From positions 22,632,001 to 22,696,000 of the forward strand of contig NC_058383.1 of NCBI RefSeq assembly GCF_018350175.1: 64,000 nucleotides of DNA, given 5' to 3'. Each line of letters starts with the position of its first letter. The first letter of the stretch is position 1. The stretch is from Felis catus (lineage: Eukaryota). The notes under the pieces are model-generated. The model saw only the letters and a list, made by a program, of their open reading frames with translations. It had not been told where the DNA came from and did not search any database. Shown here piece after piece: positions 14,901-28,500 of the stretch. The position numbers and the translations under genes are program-made.

Positions 14901-17900
14901 AGAAGGCAGCGAGCCTACGGTCTGTCTCAAGTGTCTGGCTTGAGTGCTGCTTGAGCTGCTGCCTCAAATAGGGAATGGAGGAGGATTAGATTGGAGGATA
15001 GAATTTCGGGTGAGGTTGAGGACCGTGATGGATTTGTTTGTGGGTTAGCCCAAGCAAATAACTGATAACCAGCAAGAGCTCAAGAAAAACTCCGGACTGG
15101 AGTCATGGGGCTGGAGGGTGAGTTTGTGAAGTGCTTCCCCCCTGCCCCCCACCCCCACACCGTGCTGGTTCCCTCCAGCTGTGAAGTCCCCCATGGAGTT
15201 AAGCCCCCAGCCTTAACTCCTGACTTTCAGTTCCCAGGATGGATCCTTCCATGTGTAAGCCTAAAGTGAAGGATGGATCAGAGCTGAGAACTGAGTGAGA
15301 AATTACCTACCAGTTGAAATTTTATCAAGTACCGGATTACTTACTGTTTTGATTTTTAACATGGTAGCCAATTAAAAAACAAATATCAGGGTTCAAAGTT
15401 TAAAAATACAATTTACAAACTCAAGTTAGTGCCCTTAAGACATCTAGCTAAACCAGGGAAAGAAGAAAATCTGTGAAAGAAAACAAAGTAGCCAAGGACT
15501 TGCCTAGGTTCTCAACAATAAGGTGTGTATCTAGAACTCAGACTTTGGCATCAGGCAAAACTGGGTTCTGGATGGTAGCCTCCACACACCCTTGGCTCAG
15601 CCACTTCGATTGTCTGCACCTGTTTACTGGGTTAAGTGGGGGAGACGAGGGATGTGGTGAAGTGTTGACAATGTAACTTAACGCACATACATAATCTGAC
15701 CCAGTGCCTGGCATATGGTAAGACTCGAAGAAGTCGAAGTCACAGGACCGGAAGGCAGTGTTTGGAGCAAGTCCCTTTCCAAGTAGCACTGGCCTGGCAT
15801 ATAGCAAGAGGTCAAAACCTTCCTTGATGGTCTGCCAAAGCTGCTGTTTTCTATAGGTTGGAGTATTTGAAAGCCCCAGACTCACAATGAATGGAAGTCA
15901 ACTACTAGTACGTGCCCAGATTACCATGCTGAGGTTACCATGTTCATGTGTTTGTGGAGGGCAAGGGCAACGAGCCCCCAGTAAGAGCACTATCTGGCAA
16001 GGCAGAGTTGGGGGTTAGTGGGTCAGATGCCCGACAGCCTGACTTGAGTGCCTGTTATCAGGCTATAGGTGTGAGACCCTTGGTTTTCCACTTACAGGAG
16101 CTGAATCAGTGCCTACGTCATGCGAATCAGGTTTGTCACCAAAAACCAAGAGTTCTGATGCCTGGACCCCCGGAGTATTTAAGACTTAGATGGAGAAGGG
16201 AGCTGGAATGGTGGCTGAGAGGACTCTGTTCTGTGACGTGTCAGTTCCCTGAGCACACCTCCTCCAGAACCCCAGCTGTGGCCAACTGCGACAAACCCAC
16301 GACATAAAGTAGTGCAAGGCTCAGGACAAGAAAGGAAGAGATCTGGGGTCACAGTGAAAATTAAGATGAAAGAAATATATGGGGGAAATTAAGGTGGGAG
16401 AGACAACCAAGATTAGCAACAGCAGAAAGGCTAAGTGGGTACTGAAAAAACACAAGACCGGGGTAAAGATTCAAAAACGTAAGGATTAGGAGTTGGAAAA
16501 ATAAGCTCTAGAAGATATTTCAGTCTGTAAAACAGATATTGTTGAATTGATACGAATTTTCTTGGATGAGACAATGGTGTTGTGCTAAGGTACAGCAGTG
16601 TCATTCTTAGGAGGTGAGTGCTCAGTGTCACTATTTCTGTATGTCTGTCCAATCTTCCAGCAAAATAAAGTGCATGTGTGTCTGGAGAAGAAAGCAAACA
16701 CATGTTGTTGATATTTTAACAACTGGTGAACCTTGGTGAAAGTATGAGGTGGTCACTGTAGCAGATTGCAGCTTTCTGTAGGTTTGAAATTTTCCAAAAC
16801 AAAAAAGGGGAAAACAGCAAGGGATTAATGTTAGATAAAGGGGAGAGGAATAAAACAGAAGCAAGAAACTCGAGAATTAGGAGTTACATAAAGTGGGGTG
16901 AACAGTAGGAAAGGTTCTATCTGGGGAGTAAGATAGGCTATTGAAAGCTTCAGATCAAAACCAGCCTTGACAAACGAGGGAAAGCTGGAGGGGTTAATCT
17001 GGCTCAAAGTAGCCAAGTGGTGTTAGCAGAGAGCTCATGGGCGGGACGGATCTCAAATTCCTACAGGATGGCTGGGCTAAGCAGAGTGCCTCTTGAGCAA
17101 GAGTAGGAAGAAGTCCTTGCGTCTTGCCCTAATGACTGGTTCATGGGACCCTGACTGTAGAAAGGGTTCTGTCGGTTACTGCTGTTGAGAAAATGCCAGA
17201 CATCACCCCAGAAGGTACGGGAGGATATTCAGGATGGAGTTTATCTCATTCTCCATCTGAGGACAGCTGCTCGTCCTATTAGTTTGAAGGTGCCTGGAAT
17301 AACTTCAAAACTGGGATAAAATCCAGAAGCATCCTCTGTACAGATCCTCCAGGTGCGAATCAGCCAATGTACAGCACGTGGCCCAGTCCCAGCCCACCCC
17401 TCTTTCCCATACAACAGATCCTTAAGAATCTGGCAGCACTGCTTCAGGATTGAGATACTGGGAAAATAAGGGGGAAAAAGTTGGGGCAGGGGGGGAGAGC
17501 AATGAGACCAGAACCTTCCGGACCATTTACAAAGTGCGCAGAGGAGGAGAGAGGGTCCCATGGGTGGTACTGGATCAAAACCAGTTCTGACAAACTATCA
17601 TGACTCTTCATTCACGCCGAGGACTGTTTTTGTCCTGTTTTTGGAAATAGGTCTTCTCTCCCACCCCAACTCCCCCGTGTAGCTCCATCTCAGTGTTTTA
17701 TTAAACATGCCCTCAAAGGCTGAATGGCCAGGTGAAGTCACAAGAGGCCCAAGTCAGAAGGCATACGGACAGGGAGACAGTCTCCCTCTGACACCTAGAG
17801 GCCAGAGCATGGAAGGCGGGCCGTCCTACCCCAAGCGTGTCTGATAAGTAGGTCATTTCGGCCAACATGGTAAATAGACCAAAATCTCTGTATCAACTGT

Positions 17901-18077
17901 TTTTCACAGGAACAAACTTGGATACACTTAAAGCCAAATAAATAAGAGTACTATGACAGACCACAGCTAGCAAAAAAAAAATGGCCCCGGGCCCAGTCCC
18001 AAATGTTGGTCAATCCCCAGTATGAATTAGGCGCATGAAAAATTGGAAGGAAAAGGAGACGCAATTAATTATCAAAC

Positions 18078-18083
18078 TTTAAT
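18078..18083 (-). terminator. Probable distal UBFD1 polyadenylation signal ATTAAA
   Basis: tttaat on the + strand. On the - strand it is followed about 20 nt later by GTCTCCTTTTCCTTCC, a GU/U-rich downstream element. Alternative AATAAA hexamers lie at 21435-21440 and 17697-17702. Confidence 0.5.
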
Positions 18084-21000
18084 TGATAGACTAATCTTAC
18101 AGGATAAACAATAAGACAGCTAGTCAAGGTTACACTTTAAAAAAAATCCAGCAGCGCAAATCTAATAGACTAAATACGTTCATCTCCTCCCAAACAGGCA
18201 TTTGATTTAAAAACAGAAACCAGAACAGAGCGCACACCACAAGGAAACATCGTACTTACGTATATTGTCAAATAATTCTGCAGAACTCTTTAAGAAAGAA
18301 AAGGAAAGAGGTTTTTAGAAATTTAGAAAGCAGTAGAACCACCCAGCCTGGCAGGGAGATGTGCCAGATTTCTGCACTCTGGAGGGCTCCCGACCACCTG
18401 TAACTTCAGAGAGGCCATCCGGCCCTACTAGGAAGGAAACAGTCCTCTCCTAACTGGAGAGGACTTCCTCGCAGAGCCTTAAGACAAAGGGACTGTCCTT
18501 TTTCCAAGACAACAGGCATGAACACAGCAGCAAGGAGCAAGAGAGAGGTCTCCCTCAGAAGATGGGGTGGAAAGCAGGCCTGCCCTCACACGGCCCTGGC
18601 ACGTGGAGTCCATCCCTTCCCCTTCTCAGCCCCAGCAAAGCAAGGGTGGGCCAAGTGCGAGAGCCCAGGACGGCTCCTCCAGGCACATGGTTAAAGGAAG
18701 AAGAAGAGGAAAGCGAGTCCCTTCCGGATGAAATATGGCAACTTTTCTGAGATGTGGCAAAGTGGCAGAGTTGGTCTCTTTGGCCCTCGTCAGGTAGAGC
18801 AGCCGCTAAGGAACCTACTGAGGCCTCAGTGGCCCCCACCATGTCCGCGAGGGCATCCTTAGTTCAATCCCATCTGCAAAGAGCTAACGCCACTTGCAAA
18901 AGGCCCAGCTTCAATTAAAATACTTCACACCAGAGACTTCCAGCAACTCGCAAATCTGCTTTTCTAAGTTCTCTGACCAGACTGACAGAAGCAGAGCTGC
19001 GAGGGCCGGAGCCCTGGCAGGAGTGACCTTGTCACTACTTGGCTAAGTGGGCTCAGGGAGGGAAGAGAGGCCTCACGTCTGTCCTCCTGAGGCCACCCGC
19101 CTGCAAGTCCTCTGCCACAGGGAGGCAGGGCATGACCCCAGGGAAGGAGCCGCTCGCCTCCAACAGGGAAGGAGCTGCACAGAAATAATCCTGAGGAAAA
19201 ATTAACACTGTGATGCCACCTAGGGGGACGAGTATTTCATTTTGCTAACACAGATTTAGTCAGTATACTCTGGACCGTAAACAAGGTTAGGAAGAGACCG
19301 CTCACGGGACTGAGTGACAAACCCGTGAATACTGCTGTGACTCAGACATGGATCTAAATCAAATACTTCTCCCAGCGGCTTCTGGAGCTGTCCACCTCTG
19401 CTCTCCCGAGTGCTCCCAGCAAGGTCTCCATGCAGACAGGGTCAGGAGCCAGAGCTCAAGATCATTCTAGCAAATTTACTGAGCTCCATAAAGCAATACT
19501 CCAACGGCTCTGTATGAAAAGATGTCGTTGACATTATTATTTATATATAGTATCTCGAAGTAAGGAAAAAAGCACCATTTTACGTAAAACAAAAAGGCTC
19601 ACGCAGGCTTTGGTCCTGCCTAGAAACGACAGCAGCCTGAGTGAGAAGCGGTTTGGCCCTTGGGGAGCAGGGAGACAAAGGGACACACGCTCTCACTGGG
19701 AAGGAAGGAGGGCAGACGGCATGTGCAGCCACTGAACAGGGCACACAGGAGACCTGGCGGGAAGGGCCTCGGAGAGCAGCACTGTGAGGCCAGTCTGGGG
19801 ACGGAGACACCGGCTCTGTGGGAACAAAAGTGGGCGTGTGGCCCCGTCAGGACACGTCTCCAGGACAGGGACGCTGGCCAACGAAGAGGGCAGTATTCAC
19901 ACCGAGAGGACCTTCCACTTGCTACGTGATCATTTCCTCTGCAGACCCGTCCACCGCAGAGGGAGGCTGTGACAAGTAGCAAAGGAGCCCTTTTCTCCAG
20001 GCTCCGCAGGCCAAACAAGGACAGAAACACTGCAGCGACTGCTCCTTCTTCAAGAGATGACAAACACGTGGTTTCTTGGATGCGACACTTCACTTAATGT
20101 ACGTATGCCCCCCAAAAAAGCAAGAGTAGATTTCCCTGCTCAGATGCATAACCGGGCACAGGCTATACCGTGAGAAGCACGAGTCTGTCTACATGGGCTG
20201 GATGCCTGAACTACAGCTTGGAAGGGAAGGGCGTAGAGTATCATCATTAACTGGCTCACAAGGAATAGTCATCTTAGGCGAACACATGCTAATTACATTT
20301 CACAGAATGAGGGGGAACAGCCTAGAATCCAAAATGTGAAGTTTGGAAAATCTCTCGCCAAACCTTACTATGAGAGCCTGCAGCCAGGGAGAGGAGAGTG
20401 GCAAAGACAGCCAGCAGAGGAACAGCAAAGAGCACAAAGGGGATCATTCACCAAGAGACTCGCCCTCGTGTCAGAGTCCATCAAGCCATAAGGAGACAAC
20501 AGAAGCTCACATGTACCAAGAACATAAGGGCTAAAACCAGAAGAAGGTGAGCTAATTCATGAAAGTAATTTATCCCGTTTTCGATGTTTAAATACATCGG
20601 CCAACCCACTAGGTCAACAAGTCTTTTGAGAAAGGCAGCATCTCTGGACCTGGGATGAAGGACACTTGAACATAACGCATGAGCAGAAGGACCAAATGGA
20701 GAAGCATAACTGAAATAATTGTTGGACTGCTTAAGAATTTCTCGGAACTCCAAAAGAGAGAAGGATCTGGGCCTGTGGCTGTATGGCTGGAGAAACTGTC
20801 TTCCACCCAGCTCCTCCTCAGAGAGGCCTTAGTTGGCCTGGGAGCTGTGGCTTTTGAGCAGCGCATCCCCAGGGCACTCATGCCGGGCTGGGCCTTGAGG
20901 CCCGATCGGTGAGGCCGCCAGACAACCATGGCACCAGCAGTGGAACTCCCCAGAGATCAGGGCCCAGTGCAAGAGCTCCCTTCCCTAGACCAAACAGCTC

Positions 21001-21695
21001 TTCCTCTCCCGCCGCACATTCTCAAGCAGCAGCACGGTGGGAGGGAGGCCAGGAGAGGAAGCGTTGATGAGGTACAAAAACAGGAACTGACATCTTTGGG
21101 TTTTTAAAACAAAAACTCAGATCTAAGAAGTGAGAACATAAAAAAGGGAAAAGAATTAAATCTGAATCGATAGACAGAAAAATATGGCTTACTAACCCCC
21201 CCTCGTTTTGCATACAATTTTATATGAAAAAGAAAAAACCCAACTCATCACAATGCAGTCCAAATGTTTGCAACCAAAGATTTACGAAAATATTTCAGTT
21301 GAAGTCACTTAAAAAAAAAAAAAAAAAAAAAAAGGAAACCAGCAAGCTTTTGATCATTCTTTTCTAAACAAAATTGGTAGATCTACTCTCAAACGCACTT
21401 AAGAGTATTCCACACAACATGTTCGGAATTCAGATTTATTGATTTCCACCGTATCAACTTTAAAAATGATATGAAGCTGACTGCAAGAAAAGGGAACTGG
21501 TGATTTTAAGTTAAAATTAAGCTAATGGTGAAAGTACATCACCTCTGGCTTCAGTCACCACATCACCTTAGATTGGATATAGCTTTTTGTTTTTGAACAA
21601 AGTCCCAGAACTCTGAAATCCAGGGATGCTGCAGGCCTCTCCCAGCAATGTCCTTCACTTTGGGTCAGTCTCCTGGGCCAGAGGTGAAAGTGCTT

Positions 21696-21806
21696 TCAAA
21701 AATACTGCCACTTCCCCAGCACAGTGTCTTTGATTGCATCCACATATTGAGTTGGGACCCAGTACACCCAGTAGTAAGAGGCTTCCGTGGGGCCCAACTG
21801 AAACGC
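21696..21806 (-). CDS. UBFD1: UBFD1 coding exon 7 (to stop codon)
   Basis: Acceptor ttttcccttccag|. Encodes AFQLGPTEASYYWVYWVPTQYVDAIKDTVLGKWQYF*TGA. Confidence 0.96.
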   Translation of the reverse strand, partial: AFQLGPTEASYYWVYWVPTQYVDAIKDTVLGKWQYF

Positions 21807-22004
21807 CTGGAAGGGAAAAAGGAAAACCAAGCGGTACTTCAGAGGTCGGGAGACTAAGCAGGCAGCACGACACACATGGGGGAGGGCTGAGAAGTGAATT
21901 CTTTACAGGAAGGGGAAAACTGTGCACACAGGGAGCATTCTCCTGTCCAAAAACAAAACAAAAAACCAAAAGGTGGTGGGCAAGTTAAGCATAGCCAATC
22001 CTAA

Positions 22005-22190
22005 AGCAGTGGCTCCCAAACTTGAGTGTGCATCAGAACCATCTGGAAGGCTTGTTAGAACAGACTGGTGGGCTCCACCCCCTCGAGTTTCTGATTCAGG
22101 GAGGTCTGGGGCCTGAGAATCTGCATTTCTAACAAGTTCCCAGGTGATGTCATACTACTGATCCAGAGACCAGTCTGACAACCACTGCCC
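22005..22190. mobile_element. MER5-like non-autonomous hAT DNA transposon
   Basis: cagtggctcccaaacttgagtgtgcatcagaa...ctgcatttctaacaagttcccaggtgatg...accactg, with cagtgg/ccactg inverted termini. Related remnants near 31960-32140, 41755-41915 and 61400-61565. Confidence 0.7.
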
Positions 22191-24190
22191 TAGAGAAACT
22201 GTCACACATGCACAAGGAGACAGGTCTGAACGTTCAAAGCAGCGCTGTCAGAACTGGGGACAACCCGGGAAAAACCTACATGTCCGTCGGCAAGGGAACG
22301 CAAAATTAAAAGTGACATGGTGGCCTGCTCGTATGAATGCGGGATTACTTTTCAAAAGGTACGAACTGGATCTATAGTTAATACAGACAGATCACGATGT
22401 CAAACCAAAAACAGCAAGCTGCAGAACGATACATACCATGAGACCGTTTATGAAAACTGAAAAAACACAAAACAGTACTGTATCTTGTCCATGGATTTAT
22501 AGTAACGTAAAAGTGTAGAGAGCTGGGAAGGATCCCCATGATAAATCATGCTCATGGTCATGGGGGAGGGGGAGACACTGGGGACGTGTTCACTGTTGGT
22601 AGGTTTTCTTTTATTTAAAAAAAAAAAAAAAGGTTTAAAGCAATTCATAAAATATTTCCAATGATCATTTCTTTGTGACGGATATACGGGTTTGTTACTC
22701 TGTTCTTTTCTGCCTTGTAAAACATTTCTCTGAGAACAAAAAGCACAGCCATCCTTCTCTGATGTGAACTATGATACTGTTAATCTAGTGACTGATATGG
22801 CATCTAACAAACAAGGGAAGTCCTTTCGCTTACAGGTAAGGATGCCACTTAATGGTGTTTAGTGACGAGAAGGGGCTAGGAACGCTACTCTCTGCTGGAG
22901 AGGACCTGAGAGAGAAACAAGCACTTAAACCGAGTAAGAAGGCATTGACCATCCAAACCAACTTCTGAAAGGTCCACTCGACTTGTCCGAAATCCCTCTC
23001 ACCAGGCTGCTTGAAAACCGGGGCTGCAAATGCTACCGGGCAAAATGGGGGCCCAGCTGAAAATACCCAGAATCCGACTTCGTAAATGGAAAAAACAGCT
23101 GAGTGAGCAGAACAAATACGTCTGCAATCCTTTAAGGCTGGAGGGCCTGACAGTGACAGTGTCACTCCCAGGTCACCCAGAGGCCCTGTGGCCCAGGGAC
23201 TGCAACCCCAACCATGGCCTGGCTTCAGTGCCTCGGAGCGGACAGACCCCAACAGGCCAAGAGAGGGGACGGGGCTGACATTCCCCCGGAGCCAGGAGAC
23301 TTGCCATCTGCCCAGAGACAACTTCTCTAACACCAGAACCCCTTTTTCCTGGGATCTTCCAACACCTCGCTCTGCAGGGGACTTCTGTAAACACCACTGC
23401 GCAGGTCAAGCCACAGCCGTTCCTCATCTCCGTGACAGGGCTGACACAGCTACAGTGCTGTCGGCTAAAGCTAAAACATCTGCACCACCTAGTAATGGCT
23501 CAGGTCAGGCCCCTGGCATAGTAACTTAAAAGTTCTGGTAACCAAACTTCACTTCTAAAGTGGCCCCTCTTAACAGTGCTGGGAGAATTCAGGGGTTTGC
23601 CTGAGCTGCTCCGTTCACTGTATCACTGGATCCTTGGCTTTGTTCTGCATAAACTTGGGGAATGCCTCCAAACGTCATCCCGCGAAACAGCCTGCTCTCT
23701 TTAGAGGAAACCTCCATGCAGAATGATGACGACAGACCCCATCTTATCCACAGAGTCCTCAGCCACCTGATGGCTGCCGCCTGAGAAGAGCAACACCATC
23801 ACAGAAGGGGACTGCCCGGCGTCTTCACCAACGCCCAGGTTAGTGGGAGATTTTGTCTTATACGTAGGGCAAAAGTTAAAATGAAAACCCGCAAGCCAAT
23901 CCTCCTCTCTGTATTTATTTTCCTGGTCTAAAGACAAAATATTACAAACAAGAGGAAGATAAAGGTATTGAACATGTCCCCTTTAAACTGGCGGGGAGAG
24001 GATGCAAAATAAACTGAGGAATAGGTCATAGATTAAGTTCTAGGTAGATCAAGAAAACGTGAGGGTCTTAAACTGCGCGTCTTCCGAACACTGAGTTTGA
24101 TTCTTCAGCTAAAAAAGCTCAGTTAGAGCTCCATTCCCTGCTAGATGAGCAGAAGTGCAGTGAGAGGCTAACCCACGCCGGGTTACTTAC

Positions 24191-24273
24191 CATCATGTGG
24201 TAGTCTTCGTGTCCTTCGATAGGTTCACTGACCACATTTTTAATGGAGCCCATGGGCAATTTCTCAGTCCGCT
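24191..24273 (-). CDS. UBFD1: UBFD1 coding exon 6
   Basis: Acceptor ctctcaactag| and donor ATG|gtaagt. Encodes ERTEKLPMGSIKNVVSEPIEGHEDYHMM. Confidence 0.95.
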
Positions 24274-27200
24274 CTAGTTGAGAGGGATTACAGTGATTAC
24301 TCAAAGGCCCTCCTGTCCACTCCTGTGACTCAGCAGTCCCTCATCAGGATGGTGGCTTTGGGATCTACTGGAATCTCAAGTCTCCCATGTGCTCTAGGGA
24401 TGATGGGATAGAGTCTTCTGACCAGCACTCCCAGAGATTTGCTTGGCAGTTGGAAACTTCTCGGGAGCAAACAGGGAACAGGACTCGCAATGACATATTA
24501 AAGGTCTCTGGGAGCAGAGACAGTGCTTTCCCGGTGTTATTTTTAAAGTCTGGCAATTTATAAACACCCAAGGATTTCCACTGCAATGTTCTTGCCCGAG
24601 CCCAGCAATGGCTAAGGTCTTTGGCACCTGGGGGAGGGACAGTCAAGAGGACCAAGAACAGAGGCAACAACATGCCCCTGTGGCTCGCACAGATAAGGAG
24701 TGCTTGGGGGTTTCACACTAGTTTCTGTCCCATTCTCCTCCTCACTTGCCCTCCCACTTCCCCATTCCCTCTCCCAGCCCCCCAACCCTCCATATACACA
24801 CACCTGAAGAAGTTCTCCTGAAACATTTACAACACCTTATGATTAACCCTCGAGATATCACTTATCCCAGGAGGCTCAGGAGACATTTTGCAGCAAGTTT
24901 AAGGGTGGCAGGTAAGAAAGAGGAGGCAGTGAGAGATGCCAGGAGTGAGAGGAGCCTGCAGGAAGTGAGCCAAGTGCCGCAGGGTGGGGCATGGAGGCAG
25001 GAGGGGCAGAGTTCCTGCACAAGAACCCACCCCCTAGGAGCAGCAGACACAGCGGAGGACAGGAAGGTTCTCAGCAAAGTTAAATCAAGTTGGAAAAAAC
25101 TCACTACAGCCTTTGCAGAAAGAAAAAACTGGAAAAGGCAGAATCTGAAAATAGATGAGTTGATGAAACAGATCTAGAATTTAGAGACCTGGGTTCTAAT
25201 CTGGCTGGTTGACTGGACACATTTTATTTCCATTCTGTGGGCCTTGGGGTCTGAAAAATGGGGGGGGGGGGGGGGAGAACGGACGTGAAGACATCCATTC
25301 AGGTTTTGACTTTCAGTGGCTCTAAAACAGTGACCCACGGGCAGGACCGGACCAGCAGCTGTCTTCAAGACTGAAACACTTTTAAACGCCAGCCACCTTG
25401 AAATGTCCAGAGATTTCACACAAAAAGATAAATTTCTGGCTTCTCTTGAAAAGTCGATCCTGGGCCCACATTCCTAGTGACAGCAATGAGCTCGATCCCA
25501 CTGGACCCCCCTACGGCCAGGGCACAGGCTCCCCCTGGCGGCTTCGACCACCCACGTCTCCTGCCTGAAGCTCGTCCTTCCCACAGCTGGGCCTGAGGCT
25601 GGGAGGACTGCCTGCTACACGGGCTACCCCAGAGAGAGTTTAAGCTGCATGTAGGAGCCCCTGAGCGTCACTCTGGAACGAACTCCATCGACAAAGAGGC
25701 CAACCAGCTGCCGGGATGGTCATTCCACAGCAGCTCCTCGCCAGTGGAAAGATGAAACCAGTGGCTGGTAGCCAACTCCCAGAACAAGCTGTCCTGCTGG
25801 GAGGCTGCTTATGACACTCAGATGACAAGACTCCTGGGCAAGTGAGGACACTGCCCAGCATATATCGATACAGTAGTCTGGGCGAGAGTGAAAACCTCAG
25901 TCTTGGTCAACCATGAAAACAGAGGTCTTGGCCATGTTCCTTTAATCAGGCTGGTGAGTAAGGAGGCTTCCGATAGCTCTGAAACCCCCACATACCAAGA
26001 TTCTTCTAGAGTGCTGCCTTCATGCCAAAACAGGAAAGCAGATGCTCCTACAAGCTGATATGAAACCTCCAACACAGGTACAGGGGGTTCTGCTTAGGGC
26101 TGCAGGTAGAACGGCCTTCCTACACAACCACCTCACATGGAAATGTTCCCCGAGGCACCAACGGGCACCTGCATACTTAGTCATCATCCAGCCTCCCCAG
26201 CCTGCACCTGTCCTCCTAGCCGTCAGGGACCTTTTGCATCAGCCTTAGCAACTGCTTCAATCGGACTGCCCGGAAGAGAAAGTGAAAATTGAGGAAGAGG
26301 CAGGATTTGGGCAAGTCAACGCAATGATGGAGAACTAAGCAAAACCAACTGCAAAGTCGTGAACAAGTAAGGATCTGACAGAGGCAGGGAAGCTCACAAT
26401 GAAAGAAAACCAATGCTGTGACAGGCTCTGCAGGAAGGGAAGGATCTACTAAAGAGGGTCCAGAGACCCTTGGGAAAACTAGGGAAGCCCTTACGTATTC
26501 TGCAAAACCTGCTTTTTGACCATGCAGTTAGAGGTGAATGTGAAACGAAGAATATACAGCAAGTTATCATAAAACTGTTAGAAAACTCAAGCGTTTTTGG
26601 CATTTTGGTCTTTGTTCGCCTTAAGAACCAGGACAGAGTTACAAACAAGAAAACATGTTTTGACATTCTGAAGGAGAACACACCTCACTCCCCACTGCCC
26701 CTCTGATTATTATTTTCCATTAAACTGTGGTCCCATGTTAAGCAGTCACATTAAATGGCCTGTCCCTGAAACCAGGTAACCTCATGTGATGGAACCCCCT
26801 AGACTTCTCTTTAGCATTTACCTCGAACACTGAACACCTACAGTGCTGGCCACAAACAGGTGAATTAGGCATGTTCGGTTCCCTCCAGGAATCTAACAGG
26901 GGGACAGACAAGTCAGAGAGTAATGAGTGCTCTGGGGACATAAACGGAGTGCTCTATGAACAGAAGCGGCAGCAACTCATGTGGAGGGTGGGAGAGGCAC
27001 CGGGGAAGGCTTCATTAGGAGAGGACATTTGAGTAGGGCCTCAGAAGATGTTATTAATAACAAAGAATGGGAAGTAAGCATTCCAGGTAAGAGCCCAGCA
27101 GGAGCAAATATGCAGGGCTGTGCAGAGCATGGTGGAAAGTGCAGGCTGATGCAGATGAAACCCACAGCGTATTAACGGGGAAAGCAGGGCCGAAGTCTAG

Positions 27201-28170
27201 ATCCAAAATTTGACAACACTGGACACTATGTGTAGGCACGTGAACTTGGCCCGAAAGAGCCAAAGGTTTTTGAGCGCCAGTGAGGGAGATGGGCGGGACA
27301 GAACAGAACACAGACCGGGCAGGGAAATAGGTTAACTTGCTTTAACAAACCAAGTTTAAAGATGCTAGGAGTCTTAACTGGCACAATAGAGTGGCAAAAA
27401 AAAAGGGCGGGGGGAAACAGAGAATTCTGGAGCATAACTGACACGACTTTGAACCATCTGGGGGAACGCAAGGTGAGGATAGTCAGAGACAATTCCCAGC
27501 CAACAGCAAGCAGCAGCCTGCCCCAGCGGGCACAGGCAGGGGTAGGTGGAGGCAGGCAGAGCACAAACAGGTAAGGGGGGTGGGGACAGGTCCACAGTAC
27601 TAGGAATGCACCTGGTACGGGGACAAACGCTGACCTCTGGGGGCCAGGCAGGTGACATACATGAACAAAGCTGGCTCCACAGGAGGCAAACAGGGCAGTG
27701 AGGACTGCGGCTCATCTGAAACTACCACTGGGCTCCAGCCGATCGCTGCCATGTGAGAATGCAGGTCCAGAATAGCTACATCTTTTGATTTTTTTATTTT
27801 TTTCAAGAGAAGCCCAAAAACCCCCACACGAGATCAAGTGAAATCTCTTGATTTTTACAGAAAGTGTGTAAACCCAAAAAACCCTGGTCTGTGGATCAGA
27901 CCTGGCCCTCAGGCCACACACTTGGGACCTCTGGTTTTGGGCACAAGTGAAGAGCCACTGTTGAAGGACTGGCCCTGACAGAAGACTGAAAAGAATGAGG
28001 GAAAAAGGTCCAAACAGAAGGTGAGCATCTAAAAGCAAAGACAAAAGCCAGGGGCACGCAAAGCACAGTGAAGAGAGAGAAATCTCAGGAGGGGCACAGT
28101 CGCACCCAAGACCGAGCGCCACTGAGGGCCCGTAGCGGCGAGCCGGGAGGAGGCAAGAGCAGGAACCTAC

Positions 28171-28276
28171 CTTTAGTGCCAATCCACAGCTGGTCTTGTT
28201 CTAGCTTGAAGGTGAGTCTCACTTTGCCTCCGGACTTATTGTACATGCCGGATAAGGGTACCGTGGGCAGGCGCTC
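28171..28276 (-). CDS. UBFD1: UBFD1 coding exon 5
   Basis: Acceptor cctctag| and donor G|gtaggt. Encodes ERLPTVPLSGMYNKSGGKVRLTFKLEQDQLWIGTK. Confidence 0.95.
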
Positions 28277-28434
28277 CTAGAGGCACAGGAGCACAGTGAG
28301 AGATAGGGACTAGAAAAATGGCATGACAGAGAAGGACAAGGGACAGGATGTGAGGACGTGATCACAGGAACCTCAGGAAGTCAGAAGGCGGGTCTGGTTC
28401 GTTTTCAGAACGCTCACAAAGGAGTCTGGCTTAC

Positions 28435-28500
28435 CTGGGCACCCTTAACAGATGGCATCACATCTTCAGGTTTTCCTTTATCCAACACTTTCCTGTGTTG
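28435..28500 (-). CDS. UBFD1: UBFD1 coding exon 4
   Basis: Acceptor ttttgttatag| and donor CAG|gtaagc. Encodes QHRKVLDKGKPEDVMPSVKGAQ. Confidence 0.95.
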
